Assembly (NCBI GenBank): GCA_020696855.1
Contig: JAJFMT010000011.1
Span: 15,380-79,379, forward strand
Direction of reading: 5' to 3'
Length of the DNA: 64,000 bases
Source of the DNA: Pseudobdellovibrio sp.
Lineage (GTDB): Bacteria > Bdellovibrionota > Bdellovibrionia > Bdellovibrionales > Bdellovibrionaceae
The notes under the pieces were generated by a model. It saw nothing but the letters and a program-made list of their open reading frames with translations. It did not search any database and was not told the DNA's origin. Made by a program: the position numbers and the translations under genes. Positions 39,112 through 49,865 of this stretch are shown one piece after another; within the stretch, counting starts at the first letter, position 1; each line of letters opens with the position of its first letter.

Positions 39112-39874
39112 TCTGCTTTTTCCATTCCCAGAGAGCAAGGCTTGTTGAAACCATTGCGTTGAGTGATTCAACCTGGCTCGTTGGAATATTGATAAACTTC
39201 ATGACTTTTTTCTGTTCATGTTTCAAAGACAAACCGGGGCCCTCTTCGCCGACCCAAAGTCTTAAATTCTTCGGCCATCTTGCTGTTAACAGCGATTCGC
39301 CGTGCAGATCAAGCGCGTAGTTAGCACCATTCAGCGGGATTTCGCCGAGTGACAATGAGGACTTCGTAATTTTTAAATTCAATGCGGCTCCTGCGGACGC
39401 CTTTATAGCGTGAGGCAAAAACGGGTGGGCCGATTCTTTTGTCAAAACAAGCTCATTCGCTCCGAAAGCAACGGCTGTTCTCATCAGTGCGCCGAGGTTC
39501 CGCGGGTCACCTAGCGGGCAAACCAGCTCAAGGCCGGTAGGTTCGGCCGAAAAATTTTTTTCCGGAAATTCTTCGTAGCTGAGAATTAAAAGCGGCGACT
39601 TCGTGTTGAGAACATCCAGCTCATCGAAAAGCTCCTTGGACAGAGCGGTTTTTCTGGCGCTGGTTTTGATCCCCGGGTCTTCTTTGAACACGAGGTATTC
39701 GGCCTTAAAACGGTTTACCGGTGATTGTAAAAACTCGTTAACCAGTTTTTCTCCCATGAGAAAAAACTGTTTGTGTTCTTTTATTCCTTTCGCGGTCAAG
39801 AGGCTTTGCCACTGGCGGAAAAGTGAATTTGTGGAAGACGAAATCTGAGTAATTGAAGACGTTTTTGCATTCAT
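39101..39874 (-). CDS. TrmH/SpoU family RNA methyltransferase
   Basis: DPRNLGALMRTA, GEEGPGL, ESLNAMVS SPOUT motifs. Confidence 0.9.
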   Translation of the reverse strand: MNAKTSSITQISSSTNSLFRQWQSLLTAKGIKEHKQFFLMGEKLVNEFLQSPVNRFKAEYLVFKEDPGIKTSARKTALSKELFDELDVLNTKSPLLILSYEEFPEKNFSAEPTGLELVCPLGDPRNLGALMRTAVAFGANELVLTKESAHPFLPHAIKASAGAALNLKITKSSLSLGEIPLNGANYALDLHGESLLTARWPKNLRLWVGEEGPGLSLKHEQKKVMKFINIPTSQVESLNAMVSTSLALWEWKKQNEK

Positions 39875-40674
39875 TATTCAACTTCCTCATCAGGATCTTC
39901 AGGTAATGGCGCATTTTTGATTTTACGGTACACAACAAGGCGGCGGTGGTTTTCGGTATGTTTCAGTGTGTACGAAATGTCTTTTTCAAGTTTGTAATAT
40001 TCGGACAGCTCTTGCGCCATTTTAATTTCGGGATCAACGCCAGGGCCTTTCATAAAATAAACGGCTCCGCCTTCCTGAAGGCAGCTTAAAACATTTCGTA
40101 AAGTATTCGGAATATCTTCAACAGCACGGGTTATCACTGACTGAACGGGGTACACAAAGTGTTCGTTGATATTGCGGCCGATAATATCAAGATTTTCTAA
40201 TTTTAATTCTTCGCGCACGACTTTTAAAAATTCGACACGTTTTTGTACGCCCTCGCCCAAAAGTATCTTTTCTTTCGGGAAACGAATCTTCAAAGGAATT
40301 CCCGGGAACCCCGGGCCGGTACCGACGTCTATCAAAGGGAACTTGATATCCACCATTTCGGTAATCACAAGTGAATCAATAAAGTGCTTAATCGCAACGT
40401 CCTTCAGTTTTAATAGCCTGGTAAAGTTCTGGTGTTCCTGGTTTTTCATCAGAAGATAGTAGAAGTGCGCGAGTTTTCTTCGCTCCTCATGAGAGCATTC
40501 GAACTGATGATTGCGGAAAATATCGGCGAACCGGTCGTTAGCCTCTTCGATCTCGTAAATACGTTCCGGCCGGAAATCTCTTTTAGGCTTCTGCGTAGGC
40601 TGATTTAAACTGATTCCAGCCTTTTCTTTGCGAGCTTTGTAGGGTGAATAATTCTGCTTATTTTTGTGCGCCAC
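39874..40674 (-). CDS. rsmG: 16S rRNA m7G527 methyltransferase RsmG/GidB family
   Basis: [31 protein letters not shown]. Confidence 0.85.
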   Translation of the reverse strand: MAHKNKQNYSPYKARKEKAGISLNQPTQKPKRDFRPERIYEIEEANDRFADIFRNHQFECSHEERRKLAHFYYLLMKNQEHQNFTRLLKLKDVAIKHFIDSLVITEMVDIKFPLIDVGTGPGFPGIPLKIRFPKEKILLGEGVQKRVEFLKVVREELKLENLDIIGRNINEHFVYPVQSVITRAVEDIPNTLRNVLSCLQEGGAVYFMKGPGVDPEIKMAQELSEYYKLEKDISYTLKHTENHRRLVVYRKIKNAPLPEDPDEEVE

Positions 40675-40714
40675 AGTAAACCTTAAAAAATCAAAGTATC
40701 ATAAGCCTAAACCC

Positions 40715-40743
40715 TTGAAAAGACTAAAATTATTTCTGATAAT
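40715..40743 (+). promoter_or_regulatory. Sigma70-type promoter of pheS
   Basis: TTGAAA-N17-GATAAT about 40 nt upstream of pheS ATG. Confidence 0.65.
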
Positions 40744-40783
40744 ACCTAGCAAAGTTTTCACAGATGTACGGTTAGGATTGAAT

Positions 40784-41803
40784 ATGTCACAAAGCCAGCT
40801 CGATCAAATTAAAAGTAATGCGCTTAAAGCGTTTACCTCGGCTCAAAACAGCCAGGAACTCTATAATTTTAAAGTTCAGTTTTTAGGTAAAAGCGGCGCT
40901 TTGACTGAAGCGATGAAGCTGATGGCGACCTTACCTAAAGAAGAAAAACCGGCTTTCGGAAAATTGGTAAACGAAGTCAAAGTCGAACTTGAAGCCGCTT
41001 ATGAAAAAGCCGAGTCAGCCTTAAAAAATAAAGAGATCGACGCCAAAATGCTGGAAGAGAAGCTGGATCTCAGCTTTGCTGTTTCGTCACAAGAGCAGGG
41101 GAAGGAACACCCGATCCACAAAGTGACGAACGAAATTTTTTCGATTATGGCCCGCTTAGGTTACAGTCTTCGTACCGGTCCGTTGATCGAAAAGGACTAT
41201 TACAATTTTGAAGCCCTGAATATTCCGCCGAATCATCCTGCGCGTGATATGCAGGACACTTTTTTCGTAGATGACACCCATGTTTTGCGTACGCATACGT
41301 CTCCCATTCAGATTCACTCTCTTGAATCAGAAAAACTGCCATTGAGAATTATCGGCACAGGCCCGGTTTTCCGGGTGGACAGTGATATTTCGCATTTGCC
41401 GAACTTTCACCAGATCGAAGGCATGTGTGTTGATTCTCAGGTTTCGATGTCGGACCTTAAAGGCACCATTTCATTTTTCGTAAAAGAGTTTTTTGGTCCG
41501 GGCTTAAAAACAAGATTCCGCCCGAGCTTCTTTCCGTTTACTGAACCTTCTGCAGAAGTGGATTGCTCTTGCCCGATTTGCAAAAGCAAAGGCTGTTCGC
41601 TTTGCAAACAAACCGGCTGGATCGAGATCGGCGGTTGCGGGCTTATCAATCCGAAAGTTTTTGAACATGCAAAAGTGGAGTATCCGAAGTGGCAGGGCTT
41701 TGCCTTCGGTTTCGGTGTTGAGCGAATGGCGATTATCAAATACGGCGTCGATGATATCCGTCACTTTCCTGCGAACGATGTTAGATTTTTAAAGCAGTTT
41801 TAA
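40784..41803 (+). CDS. pheS: Phenylalanine--tRNA ligase alpha subunit
   Basis: [39 protein letters not shown]; start set to ATG 40784. Confidence 0.98.
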   Translation: MSQSQLDQIKSNALKAFTSAQNSQELYNFKVQFLGKSGALTEAMKLMATLPKEEKPAFGKLVNEVKVELEAAYEKAESALKNKEIDAKMLEEKLDLSFAVSSQEQGKEHPIHKVTNEIFSIMARLGYSLRTGPLIEKDYYNFEALNIPPNHPARDMQDTFFVDDTHVLRTHTSPIQIHSLESEKLPLRIIGTGPVFRVDSDISHLPNFHQIEGMCVDSQVSMSDLKGTISFFVKEFFGPGLKTRFRPSFFPFTEPSAEVDCSCPICKSKGCSLCKQTGWIEIGGCGLINPKVFEHAKVEYPKWQGFAFGFGVERMAIIKYGVDDIRHFPANDVRFLKQF

Positions 41804-41816
41804 TTAAGGATTCGAA

Positions 41817-44243
41817 ATGAAAATTTCTCTTAAATGGTTAAATGATTTTGTTGATGTGTCTGAGTACTTAACTAAAACTCAGGAACTGGCCGATGTTTTG
41901 ACAAAAGCAGGGCTTGAAGTTGAAGAAATTCAGGATAAAGCAAAAGATTTTGCTAACGTGGTAGTAGGCCACATTCAGGTTAAAGACAAACACCCGAATG
42001 CCGATAAACTTTCTCTGTGCCAGGTAGAAATTGCTCCGGGGAATGTAACGCAAATCGTTTGCGGTGCTCAAAACCATAAAGCGGGAGACAAAGTCGTGGT
42101 CGCCTTACCGGGCGCAGTTCTTCCGGGAAATTTTGCGATTAAAAAATCAAAAATCCGCGATGTTGAAAGTAACGGAATGCTTTGTTCTTTAAAAGAACTG
42201 GGTCTTGCCGAAACTTCTGAAGGCATTGAAATTCTCGACCCGAAAGCAACAACGGGTATGAGTTATGCGGAATACGCCGGTTACGATGATGTGACGTTTG
42301 AACTGAAAGTGACTCCAAACCGCGCCGACTGCCTCAGCCACTTCGGACTGGCACGAGAGTTGGGTTGTCTGTTAAATAAACCGGTAAAAAATCCGGAAGT
42401 TCTGACCAAATTTTCAAATGAGTCGACACAAAGTAAAATTAAGCTCGAAGTTTTAAACTCTGAATTGTGCCCGCGCTACTGCGGCCGCTACATCAGTGGT
42501 GTAAAAATCGGCCCAAGCCCACAATGGCTGAAGAAGCGTTTAGAAGCTATCGGCCAGAACTCTATTAACAACGTTGTTGATGTAACAAATTACGTGATGT
42601 TAGAAATGGGTCAGCCGCTTCACGCTTTTGATGCTGACTTGATCGGCGGCGCGCAGATCAAAGTCAGAAATGCAACTAAAGGTGAAAAATTTAAAACTTT
42701 AAAAGAGCAAGAACTCACGATGAACGGCGATGAACTTCTCATTTGCGACGCTCAAAAACCCGTGGCCCTTGCGGGAGTTATCGGCGGATTGAATTCGGGT
42801 GTTTCAGACACGACAAAAAATATTTTTCTTGAAAGTGCAAACTTCAAAGCAATGTCAGTCCGTAAAACGTCGCGCACTCACGGTGTTGATACCGACTCTG
42901 CTTACCGATTTTCCCGTGGAGTTGACGTAACTCAAACAGCTTCAATAATGGACCGCGCGGCTTTGCTGATTCAGCAGGTGGCAGGCGGAGAAGCCTTCGG
43001 ACAGCATTGGGATACGCATACTCCGCTGCCGGTTAAAAAACCGATTAAGATCTCAGTTAAGACCGTATCAGACAGACTGGGTTACCCGGCAGATGAAAAT
43101 TTATTTTTAAAATACATGACCGGCCTTCAAATCAAACATGAGAAAACAGGTCCCGGAGAGTACTTGATGACTCCGCCGCTTTTCAGATTTGATATTGAAC
43201 AGGACATGGACTTAGTTGAAGAGTACGCACGTCTTCACGGTTATGAACACATTCAGGAAACTATTCCTGCGTTGAATTCTGAGCCAACGACTCACGATCA
43301 TCAGTACATGATGAACCAAAAGATTTCGGCCTTCATGCGCGCTGACGGGTTTCATCAGGCTTTCAACTATGCGTTTACTTCAAACGCGACAGAAACCAAA
43401 TGGCTTGGAGATATCGCGAAAGTCACGGGTGCAGGTTTAGCTACCGCGGCTCAGGCTGTGACGATTAGAAACCCGCTCAGTGAAGATTTAAATGTGATGC
43501 GCAGAAGTTTAAGTTTAGGTATCTGGAAGAACACACTTGATAATATCCGCGCCGGTAACGCTTACGGAAACCTTTTTGAAACAGGGTCAGTGTTCGCTGC
43601 AAAAGACGGGCAGTATACTGAAACCAGCCGGTTGGCGCTGATCAAATGGGGTACACCGAGCGGCTTGTACGGTGTTCAAACTCCGCTTGTCTTGCAGCTA
43701 AGGTCAACGCTTGAAAAGTTATTTCAGAATTTGCAGATTTCAGCTTACAGCTTCGTAAGCGAAGGTGCCGCACCAGAGTTTTTACATTTGGGTCAATGGG
43801 CAAAAGTAGTTGTTGAAGGCCAGACAGTCGGTGTGATCGGCGCTGTACACCCGGGAATTCTAAATGAAGAAAAAGTCCGTGTACCGGTGGCCGTAGCCGA
43901 ACTTGATCTGCAGGCGGTTTTAAAAGGTCAGCCTCGTCCATTGAAATTCAAATCGCTTGCGAAGTTTCAGCCGGTTGAACGCGACTACGCCTTCGTCATG
44001 GAATCATCCAAACACGTGGGTGATCTGATTAAGGAAGCCAAAAAAGCTGCGGGCGGAACGTTGAAAGAGCTAACCGTATTTGACGTGTACGAAGGTGATA
44101 AGCTTCCGCAAGGGCAGAAGTCAGTGGCGCTTAAAGCAGTTTTTCAGGACATGAATGCAGCTTTAAGTGATGAAATCATCCAGCAATTAAGCAGTAAAAT
44201 AATCGAAGCCGCTAAAAAGTCGGTAAATGCTGTATTGCGCTAG
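41817..44243 (+). CDS. pheT: Phenylalanine--tRNA ligase beta subunit
   Basis: MKISLKWL, HPNADKL, IVCGAQN, TPNRADCLS, GQPLHAFD, FDVYEG. Confidence 0.98.
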   Translation: MKISLKWLNDFVDVSEYLTKTQELADVLTKAGLEVEEIQDKAKDFANVVVGHIQVKDKHPNADKLSLCQVEIAPGNVTQIVCGAQNHKAGDKVVVALPGAVLPGNFAIKKSKIRDVESNGMLCSLKELGLAETSEGIEILDPKATTGMSYAEYAGYDDVTFELKVTPNRADCLSHFGLARELGCLLNKPVKNPEVLTKFSNESTQSKIKLEVLNSELCPRYCGRYISGVKIGPSPQWLKKRLEAIGQNSINNVVDVTNYVMLEMGQPLHAFDADLIGGAQIKVRNATKGEKFKTLKEQELTMNGDELLICDAQKPVALAGVIGGLNSGVSDTTKNIFLESANFKAMSVRKTSRTHGVDTDSAYRFSRGVDVTQTASIMDRAALLIQQVAGGEAFGQHWDTHTPLPVKKPIKISVKTVSDRLGYPADENLFLKYMTGLQIKHEKTGPGEYLMTPPLFRFDIEQDMDLVEEYARLHGYEHIQETIPALNSEPTTHDHQYMMNQKISAFMRADGFHQAFNYAFTSNATETKWLGDIAKVTGAGLATAAQAVTIRNPLSEDLNVMRRSLSLGIWKNTLDNIRAGNAYGNLFETGSVFAAKDGQYTETSRLALIKWGTPSGLYGVQTPLVLQLRSTLEKLFQNLQISAYSFVSEGAAPEFLHLGQWAKVVVEGQTVGVIGAVHPGILNEEKVRVPVAVAELDLQAVLKGQPRPLKFKSLAKFQPVERDYAFVMESSKHVGDLIKEAKKAAGGTLKELTVFDVYEGDKLPQGQKSVALKAVFQDMNAALSDEIIQQLSSKIIEAAKKSVNAVLR

Positions 44244-44265
44244 GTATAATGGCGCAATACCTTTT
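44232..44265 (+). terminator. Hairpin over the pheT stop, possible weak terminator
   Basis: GTATTGCGC...GCGCAATAC 9-bp stem followed by CTTTT. Confidence 0.5.
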
Positions 44266-44299
44266 AAAAACTTGATTCATTTCAAGTACTTGCTAAAAT
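44265..44299 (+). promoter_or_regulatory. ihfA promoter with overlapping IHF consensus site
   Basis: TTGATT-N16-TAAAAT with extended TG; reverse strand 44265-44277 reads AATCAAGTTTTTA, matching WATCAA-N4-TTR. Confidence 0.6.
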
Positions 44300-44326
44300 T
44301 TTTATATCTTAAGGAGTGAAGCTCTC

Positions 44327-44671
44327 ATGGCAGGACAGAATGTCGGTAACTCAACTGTAACTAAAGCAGATATTGTTGAAAAAGTTTATGAGACTATTGG
44401 CTTTTCAAAAAAAGAAGCCAGCGAATTAGTTGAATTAGTATTTAATGAATTAAAGCAAACCCTGCAAAACGGAGAAAAAGTAAAAATCTCTGGCTTTGGA
44501 AATTTCGTTGTTCGCGGAAAAAACGAAAGAATCGGGCGCAACCCACAAACCGGTGAACAGATTAAAATTTCTGCTCGCCGAGTTCTTACTTTTAGACCCA
44601 GCCAAGTTTTAAAAGCTATGCTGAACGGCGAAGAATACGCCCACCTAAAAGATGAGGACGATGATGAATAA
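44327..44671 (+). CDS. ihfA: Integration host factor alpha subunit
   Basis: TKADIVE, VKISGFGNF, GRNPQTGE, RRVLTFRPS; follows pheT. Confidence 0.95.
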   Translation: MAGQNVGNSTVTKADIVEKVYETIGFSKKEASELVELVFNELKQTLQNGEKVKISGFGNFVVRGKNERIGRNPQTGEQIKISARRVLTFRPSQVLKAMLNGEEYAHLKDEDDDE

Positions 44672-45221
44672 TAAAAACAACTTAGACGGCTCGAATATTC
44701 AGCTCGAAGTCCAAACTGAATTTGAACTCTCATTAGAGGACAAATTTTTGGTGGATGATATCGTTGAAACAATCAACGCTGAATCTGCTGAAAAGATTGA
44801 GCAAAAGGCCGAAGCATCAAGCCTTCCTTCAGTACTTGTGGACGAAGAGCTTCTTCGTGAGCTGGCTTCTATTCCTGACCGTTTTGGTTTCAAAATCGGT
44901 GATGTTGCGGATATGCTGGGAATCAAACAGTATGTTCTTCGCTACTGGGAAGAAGAATTTGAATTGTTGAAACCTAAAAAAGCTTCGAATAACCAGCGTT
45001 TATACACTAAAAAAGATGTCGAAAACGCATTTCTGATCCGTAAACTTTTATACAGAGACAAATTCTCAATCGAAGGCGCTCGTCAGGCTCTTAAAGATGT
45101 GAAATTCGCTCTGAAAAAAGAAAAGGATTTCAATTCTGTCATTCAGAGAATTGATTTTGTTCAGTCACAAATTAAGAGTTTCGTAGACGAAATTAAGAAG
45201 ACCAAAGAGCTATTTAATTGA
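44664..45221 (+). CDS. MerR-family regulator (ihfA-associated type) with acidic N-terminal extension
   Basis: FKIGDVA..YVLRYWEEEF..QRLY..FSIEGAR; start uncertain (44652/44661/44664). Confidence 0.85.
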   Translation: MNNKNNLDGSNIQLEVQTEFELSLEDKFLVDDIVETINAESAEKIEQKAEASSLPSVLVDEELLRELASIPDRFGFKIGDVADMLGIKQYVLRYWEEEFELLKPKKASNNQRLYTKKDVENAFLIRKLLYRDKFSIEGARQALKDVKFALKKEKDFNSVIQRIDFVQSQIKSFVDEIKKTKELFN

Positions 45222-45252
45222 TTTTTCTTTACGCGGCTGGTAAACCCAGATC

Positions 45253-46206
45253 GTGCATATAATTGAGCATATTGATAAAGCAAAAGGCAAGGGGCCGCTT
45301 TTCAGCTTTGAAATCGTCCCGCCTTCCCGTGGAAAATCCGGGCAGGAGATTTTGGACGTAGTTGAGATGCTGCTTCCATACAATCCATCTTGGATTGATG
45401 TTACTTCACATTCGTCTTCAGCTTACTACCGCGAGAAACAAGACGGCAGCTTAGAAAGAAGAACAGTCAGAAAGCGCCCAGGTACTTTAGGTATCTGTGG
45501 GATCATCCAGAACCGTTACAAAATCGATACTGTGGCTCATGTTCTTTGTTTGGGTTTCGCAAAAGAAGAGACAGAAGACGCTCTTATCGAGCTGAATTTT
45601 TTAGGAATTCATAATGTTCTGGCTCTGCGCGGAGACACTCCTAATTTTCAAAAATCTTTCGGAAAAGAAAAAACTTTAAACTTTTATGCCCATGATTTGG
45701 TTTCGCAAATCAACGAACTGAAAAAAGGCAGATTTTTAGAAGATCTCGATAGCGCTCACCCGTTAAATTATTGCATCGGTGTAGCGGGCTATCCTGAGAA
45801 ACATTACGAAGCTCCGAGCTTAAAATTGGATGTTCAGAATTTAAAGCGGAAGGTAGATGCCGGGGCGGATTACGTTACGACTCAAATGTTTTTCGATAAC
45901 AAGCAATACTTCGATTACGTCGAGCACTGCCGGGCTGCCGGGATTACGGTGCCGATTGTTCCAGGCTTAAAAGTGATTCGCTCTGTAAAACAACTTCAGT
46001 CATTACCGAAGTCATTTCATATCGATTTGCCGGATCAACTGGTAGATGAAATCACCGAAAATCCCGAGCACGTCGTCGAGATCGGTAAGCGCTGGGCCTT
46101 AAAGCAGGCGCAGGAACTGATGGCTAACAATGTTCCCAGTGTTCACTTTTACGTTTTAAATGATGCTCCGACCGTTTGCGAAATCGTTAAAGAATTGCAA
46201 AGGTAG
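45253..46206 (+). CDS. metF: Methylenetetrahydrofolate reductase
   Basis: [38 protein letters not shown]. Confidence 0.93.
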   Translation: MHIIEHIDKAKGKGPLFSFEIVPPSRGKSGQEILDVVEMLLPYNPSWIDVTSHSSSAYYREKQDGSLERRTVRKRPGTLGICGIIQNRYKIDTVAHVLCLGFAKEETEDALIELNFLGIHNVLALRGDTPNFQKSFGKEKTLNFYAHDLVSQINELKKGRFLEDLDSAHPLNYCIGVAGYPEKHYEAPSLKLDVQNLKRKVDAGADYVTTQMFFDNKQYFDYVEHCRAAGITVPIVPGLKVIRSVKQLQSLPKSFHIDLPDQLVDEITENPEHVVEIGKRWALKQAQELMANNVPSVHFYVLNDAPTVCEIVKELQR

Positions 46207-46216
46207 AGAAATTTCT

Positions 46217-49200
46217 GTGCTGAAAAAAAATAAAATTTTAGCAGAGTTGGAAGAGCGTTTAAAAAAAGAAATTCTTTTTTTAGATGGCGCTATGGGAACT
46301 GTTATCCAGCTTTACAAGCTCAGCGAAGCCGATTTCAGAAAAGGGCATTTTGAAAGTCACCCGAAAGATCTAAAGGGTAACAACGATTTGTTAGTTCTAA
46401 CCAGACCCGATGTGATTAAAACCATTCATATGGATTATCTGGAAGCAGGTGCTGATATTATCGAGACGAACACGTTTAGTTCGACCCATCTAGGTCAGGC
46501 CGAATACGGACTGGAAAATTATGCGGACCGGTTGAATCAGGCCGCGGCACGGATTGCAAAAGAAACCGCTGTCGAATTTATGAAAAGGAACCCGCATAAA
46601 AAAGTATATGTGGCGGGAGCACTAGGGCCTACTAACAGAACGGCGTCGCTTTCCCCTGACGTGAATAACCCGGGTTATCGCGCCGTCACTTTCGATCAGT
46701 TGGTTCATTCTTATTATCACCAGGCTAAAAATCTGTTACTCGGCGGGGCCGACATACTTCTGCCAGAGACGACTTTTGATACTTTAAATTTAAAGGCATC
46801 GCTATTTGCGATTCAGCAATTGCAAGAAGAGCTGGGAGAAAAACTTCCGGTGATGGTGTCCGTGACGATCACGGACGCCTCCGGTAGAACCTTATCAGGT
46901 CAAACAATCGAAGCCTTCTGGAATTCTATTCGTCACATTGAACCATTGAGTGTCGGAATCAACTGTGCGCTAGGTGCGAAAGAGATGGGCCCGTTTCTGC
47001 GGGACCTTTCGCGGGTGGCCGATTGTTACATCAGCTGTTACCCGAATGCGGGGTTACCTAATCCTCTGTCGCCGACAGGCTACGACGAAACCCCGGAAAG
47101 TATCGCGTTTGAGTTAAATAAATTTGCGAAAGACGGCATTTTAAATATCGTCGGTGGCTGCTGCGGCACCACACCTGCGCACATCAAAGCGATCGCGCAG
47201 GAGATCCGTTCAGCCGGCCCTCGTAAGCCTCAGCTCATCGAAAAAAAAATGAGACTCTCAGGCCTTGAACCATTGAACCTGATTTCAAAAGGCGAGCGAA
47301 GCTTTATCATGGTAGGAGAGCGCACAAATATTACCGGATCTCCGCAGTTTTCAAAATTAATTAAAAATGGTCAGCTTAATGACGCGGTTACTGTTGCCAG
47401 ACAGCAAGTTGATAACGGCGCTAACATCCTTGATATCAATTTCGACGAAGGCATGATCGACGGCAAAACGATGATGCGCGATTTTTTGAATTTACTGGCA
47501 GCAGAGCCGGATATTTGTAAAATTCCGTTCATGATCGATTCTTCTAAATGGGAAATCATCGAAGAGGGCCTAAAGTGCATTCAAGGCAAAGCCATTATTA
47601 ATTCCATTTCGCTCAAAGAAGGCGAAGAGGTGTTTTTAAATCAGGCTAAACTTGCAAAAAAATACGGGGCGGCAGTTGTTGTCATGGCCTTTGATGAAAA
47701 CGGGCAGGCCGCGACTTTTGAAGAAAAGGTGCGTATTTGCTACCGTGCTTACAAGCTGCTGACAGAAAAAATTAATTTTGACCCATCTGATATCATTTTT
47801 GACACCAATATTTTAACCGTCGCAACCGGTATGGAAGAACACAATTCTTACGCGAAAGCCTTCATTGATGCCGTGGCCGAGATGAAACGTCTTTGCCCGG
47901 ATTCTTTTACAGTTGGCGGGGTGTCTAATTTATCGTTCAGCTTCCGCGGCAATAACAGAGTTCGTGAAGCGATGCACTCGGTATTTTTGTATCATGCGAT
48001 TCATTCAGGCCTTGATATGGGCATTGTAAACGCCGGTATGCTTGAGGTGTATGAGAATATTGATCCTGAATTACGAAATAAAGCTGAAGATGTTATTCTT
48101 AATAAATCGCCAGAGGCAGCAGAAACACTGCTGGCATTAGCCGAAAAGATTCTTCAAAAAACCGAAGCTGAAAAGAGTTCTGCGTCGGGTTTGATGGCAA
48201 AGGCAATTGCTCCTGACTGGAGACAACAGAGTTTAGAAGAAAGAATGACTTATTCGTTCGTTAAAGGTGTTGATAGTTACATTGAAACTGATACCGAAGA
48301 GGCGCGCCAGAAGCTGGGAAAACCTTTGAAGGTCATCGAAGGCCCGCTAATGGACGCAATGAAAGTTGTGGGTGAGCTCTTCGGCGCAGGTAAAATGTTT
48401 TTACCGCAGGTTGTGAAATCCGCGCGGGTCATGAAGAAAGCCGTTGCTTATCTTGATCCTTACATGAAAAAAGAAGTCGAGAACACCACGGTTAAAAACC
48501 AGGGTAAGATATTGTTAGCCACAGTTAAAGGTGACGTTCACGATATCGGAAAGAATATCGTTGGTGTTGTACTGGCTTGTAACGGGTACAAGGTTCTCGA
48601 TATGGGTGTCATGGTTTCTTACGATAAGATCTTCAAACTCGCTAAAGAAGAAGACGTAGACATTATCGGTTTTTCGGGTCTTATTACGCCTTCTCTTGAT
48701 GAGATGATATTTAATCTTCAGGAACTGCAGCGCGAAGGATACAAAAAGCCGATTCTGATCGGTGGGGCTACTACTTCAAAAGTTCATACGGCTGTAAAAC
48801 TTGACCCCCACTATGACGGCCCGGTCGTTCATGTGGCGGACGCTTCTTTAGCGGCCGGAGTATGCACGAAGCTGTTAAGTCCTACAGAAAGTGCAGAGTA
48901 CATTGCTCTCATTAAACGTGACTCTAAAATTATTCGCGAATCCTACTTAAAGAATAAAGACACAGCCAAAATACACTCACTTGAATTCGCGCGTGAGCGT
49001 GCGTTTAAAACTGACTGGGAAAAGGTCGATATCGCCGTCCCGGAAAGAACGGGCATTTTTGAGATTCATAATTCACTTGAAGAAATTCTCGAATACGTCG
49101 ACTGGAGCCCCTTCTTTTGGGCCTGGGAGCTTAAAGGCACTTATCCTAAAATTCTTGAGAGTGAAAAATACGGGTCTGAGGCTTCAAAACTTTTTAACGA

Positions 49201-49858
49201 TGCCCAGGCTCTTGTTCGCAAAATCACTCGAGAGAAATTATTTTCTCCAAAGGCACTGGTCGGTATCTTCAATGCTGCGTCGGAAAACGAAGATGTTATC
49301 CTTCGCGACCCTCAATCGGGGAAAGAGCTTGAGCGCTTTAATTTCTTAAGGCAGCGCTCAGAAACCGTTGTGAACAACGGCATCCACTTTTGTCTATCTG
49401 ATTTTATTTTGCCGAATGGTGAAAACGGACGTTCAGATTACCTGGGCTTGTTCGTTACCACTGCAGGTGCAGAAGTTGAAAAGTTGGCTGCTGAATATCA
49501 GTCGCAGCTGGATGATTACAGTTCCATTTTGGTTAAGGCGATCGGTGACCGTTTCGCTGAAGCTTCGGCAGAGCTCACGCATAAAAAAGTGCGCGAAATC
49601 TTCGGTTACGGAAAAGCAGAAAAGCTTTCAAAAGAAGAAATTATTAAAGAAAATTACAGAGGCATCAGGCCCGCGCCGGGATACCCGGCATGCCCAGTGC
49701 ACGAAGAGAAACGCAAGATCTGGAAGTTGCTCGATGTCGAAAACCGCATAGGCGTTACGCTGACAGAAACCTGCGCTATGTCGCCGTCGTCCAGTGTGAG
49801 CGGCTATTACTTTAATCATCCGCAGGCCAAGTACTTTCACGTTGGCCAGCAAGATTAA
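46217..49858 (+). CDS. metH: Cobalamin-dependent methionine synthase
   Basis: [29 protein letters not shown]12-binding motif, [10 protein letters not shown]; start probably GTG 46217. Confidence 0.97.
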   Translation: MLKKNKILAELEERLKKEILFLDGAMGTVIQLYKLSEADFRKGHFESHPKDLKGNNDLLVLTRPDVIKTIHMDYLEAGADIIETNTFSSTHLGQAEYGLENYADRLNQAAARIAKETAVEFMKRNPHKKVYVAGALGPTNRTASLSPDVNNPGYRAVTFDQLVHSYYHQAKNLLLGGADILLPETTFDTLNLKASLFAIQQLQEELGEKLPVMVSVTITDASGRTLSGQTIEAFWNSIRHIEPLSVGINCALGAKEMGPFLRDLSRVADCYISCYPNAGLPNPLSPTGYDETPESIAFELNKFAKDGILNIVGGCCGTTPAHIKAIAQEIRSAGPRKPQLIEKKMRLSGLEPLNLISKGERSFIMVGERTNITGSPQFSKLIKNGQLNDAVTVARQQVDNGANILDINFDEGMIDGKTMMRDFLNLLAAEPDICKIPFMIDSSKWEIIEEGLKCIQGKAIINSISLKEGEEVFLNQAKLAKKYGAAVVVMAFDENGQAATFEEKVRICYRAYKLLTEKINFDPSDIIFDTNILTVATGMEEHNSYAKAFIDAVAEMKRLCPDSFTVGGVSNLSFSFRGNNRVREAMHSVFLYHAIHSGLDMGIVNAGMLEVYENIDPELRNKAEDVILNKSPEAAETLLALAEKILQKTEAEKSSASGLMAKAIAPDWRQQSLEERMTYSFVKGVDSYIETDTEEARQKLGKPLKVIEGPLMDAMKVVGELFGAGKMFLPQVVKSARVMKKAVAYLDPYMKKEVENTTVKNQGKILLATVKGDVHDIGKNIVGVVLACNGYKVLDMGVMVSYDKIFKLAKEEDVDIIGFSGLITPSLDEMIFNLQELQREGYKKPILIGGATTSKVHTAVKLDPHYDGPVVHVADASLAAGVCTKLLSPTESAEYIALIKRDSKIIRESYLKNKDTAKIHSLEFARERAFKTDWEKVDIAVPERTGIFEIHNSLEEILEYVDWSPFFWAWELKGTYPKILESEKYGSEASKLFNDAQALVRKITREKLFSPKALVGIFNAASENEDVILRDPQSGKELERFNFLRQRSETVVNNGIHFCLSDFILPNGENGRSDYLGLFVTTAGAEVEKLAAEYQSQLDDYSSILVKAIGDRFAEASAELTHKKVREIFGYGKAEKLSKEEIIKENYRGIRPAPGYPACPVHEEKRKIWKLLDVENRIGVTLTETCAMSPSSSVSGYYFNHPQAKYFHVGQQD

Positions 49859-49865
49859 CAATTAA

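Noticed and set aside
40744-40783. pheM-like Phe-rich leader peptide before pheS
   Set aside because: Leader is about 35 nt with no Phe-codon run or attenuator hairpin
45222-45252. SAM or cobalamin riboswitch before metF-metH
   Set aside because: Only 31 nt intergenic; no room or motif
46221-46270. Poly-A tracts at the start of metH as frameshift or phase-variation sites
   Set aside because: ORF is intact; Lys-codon A-runs are common throughout this window
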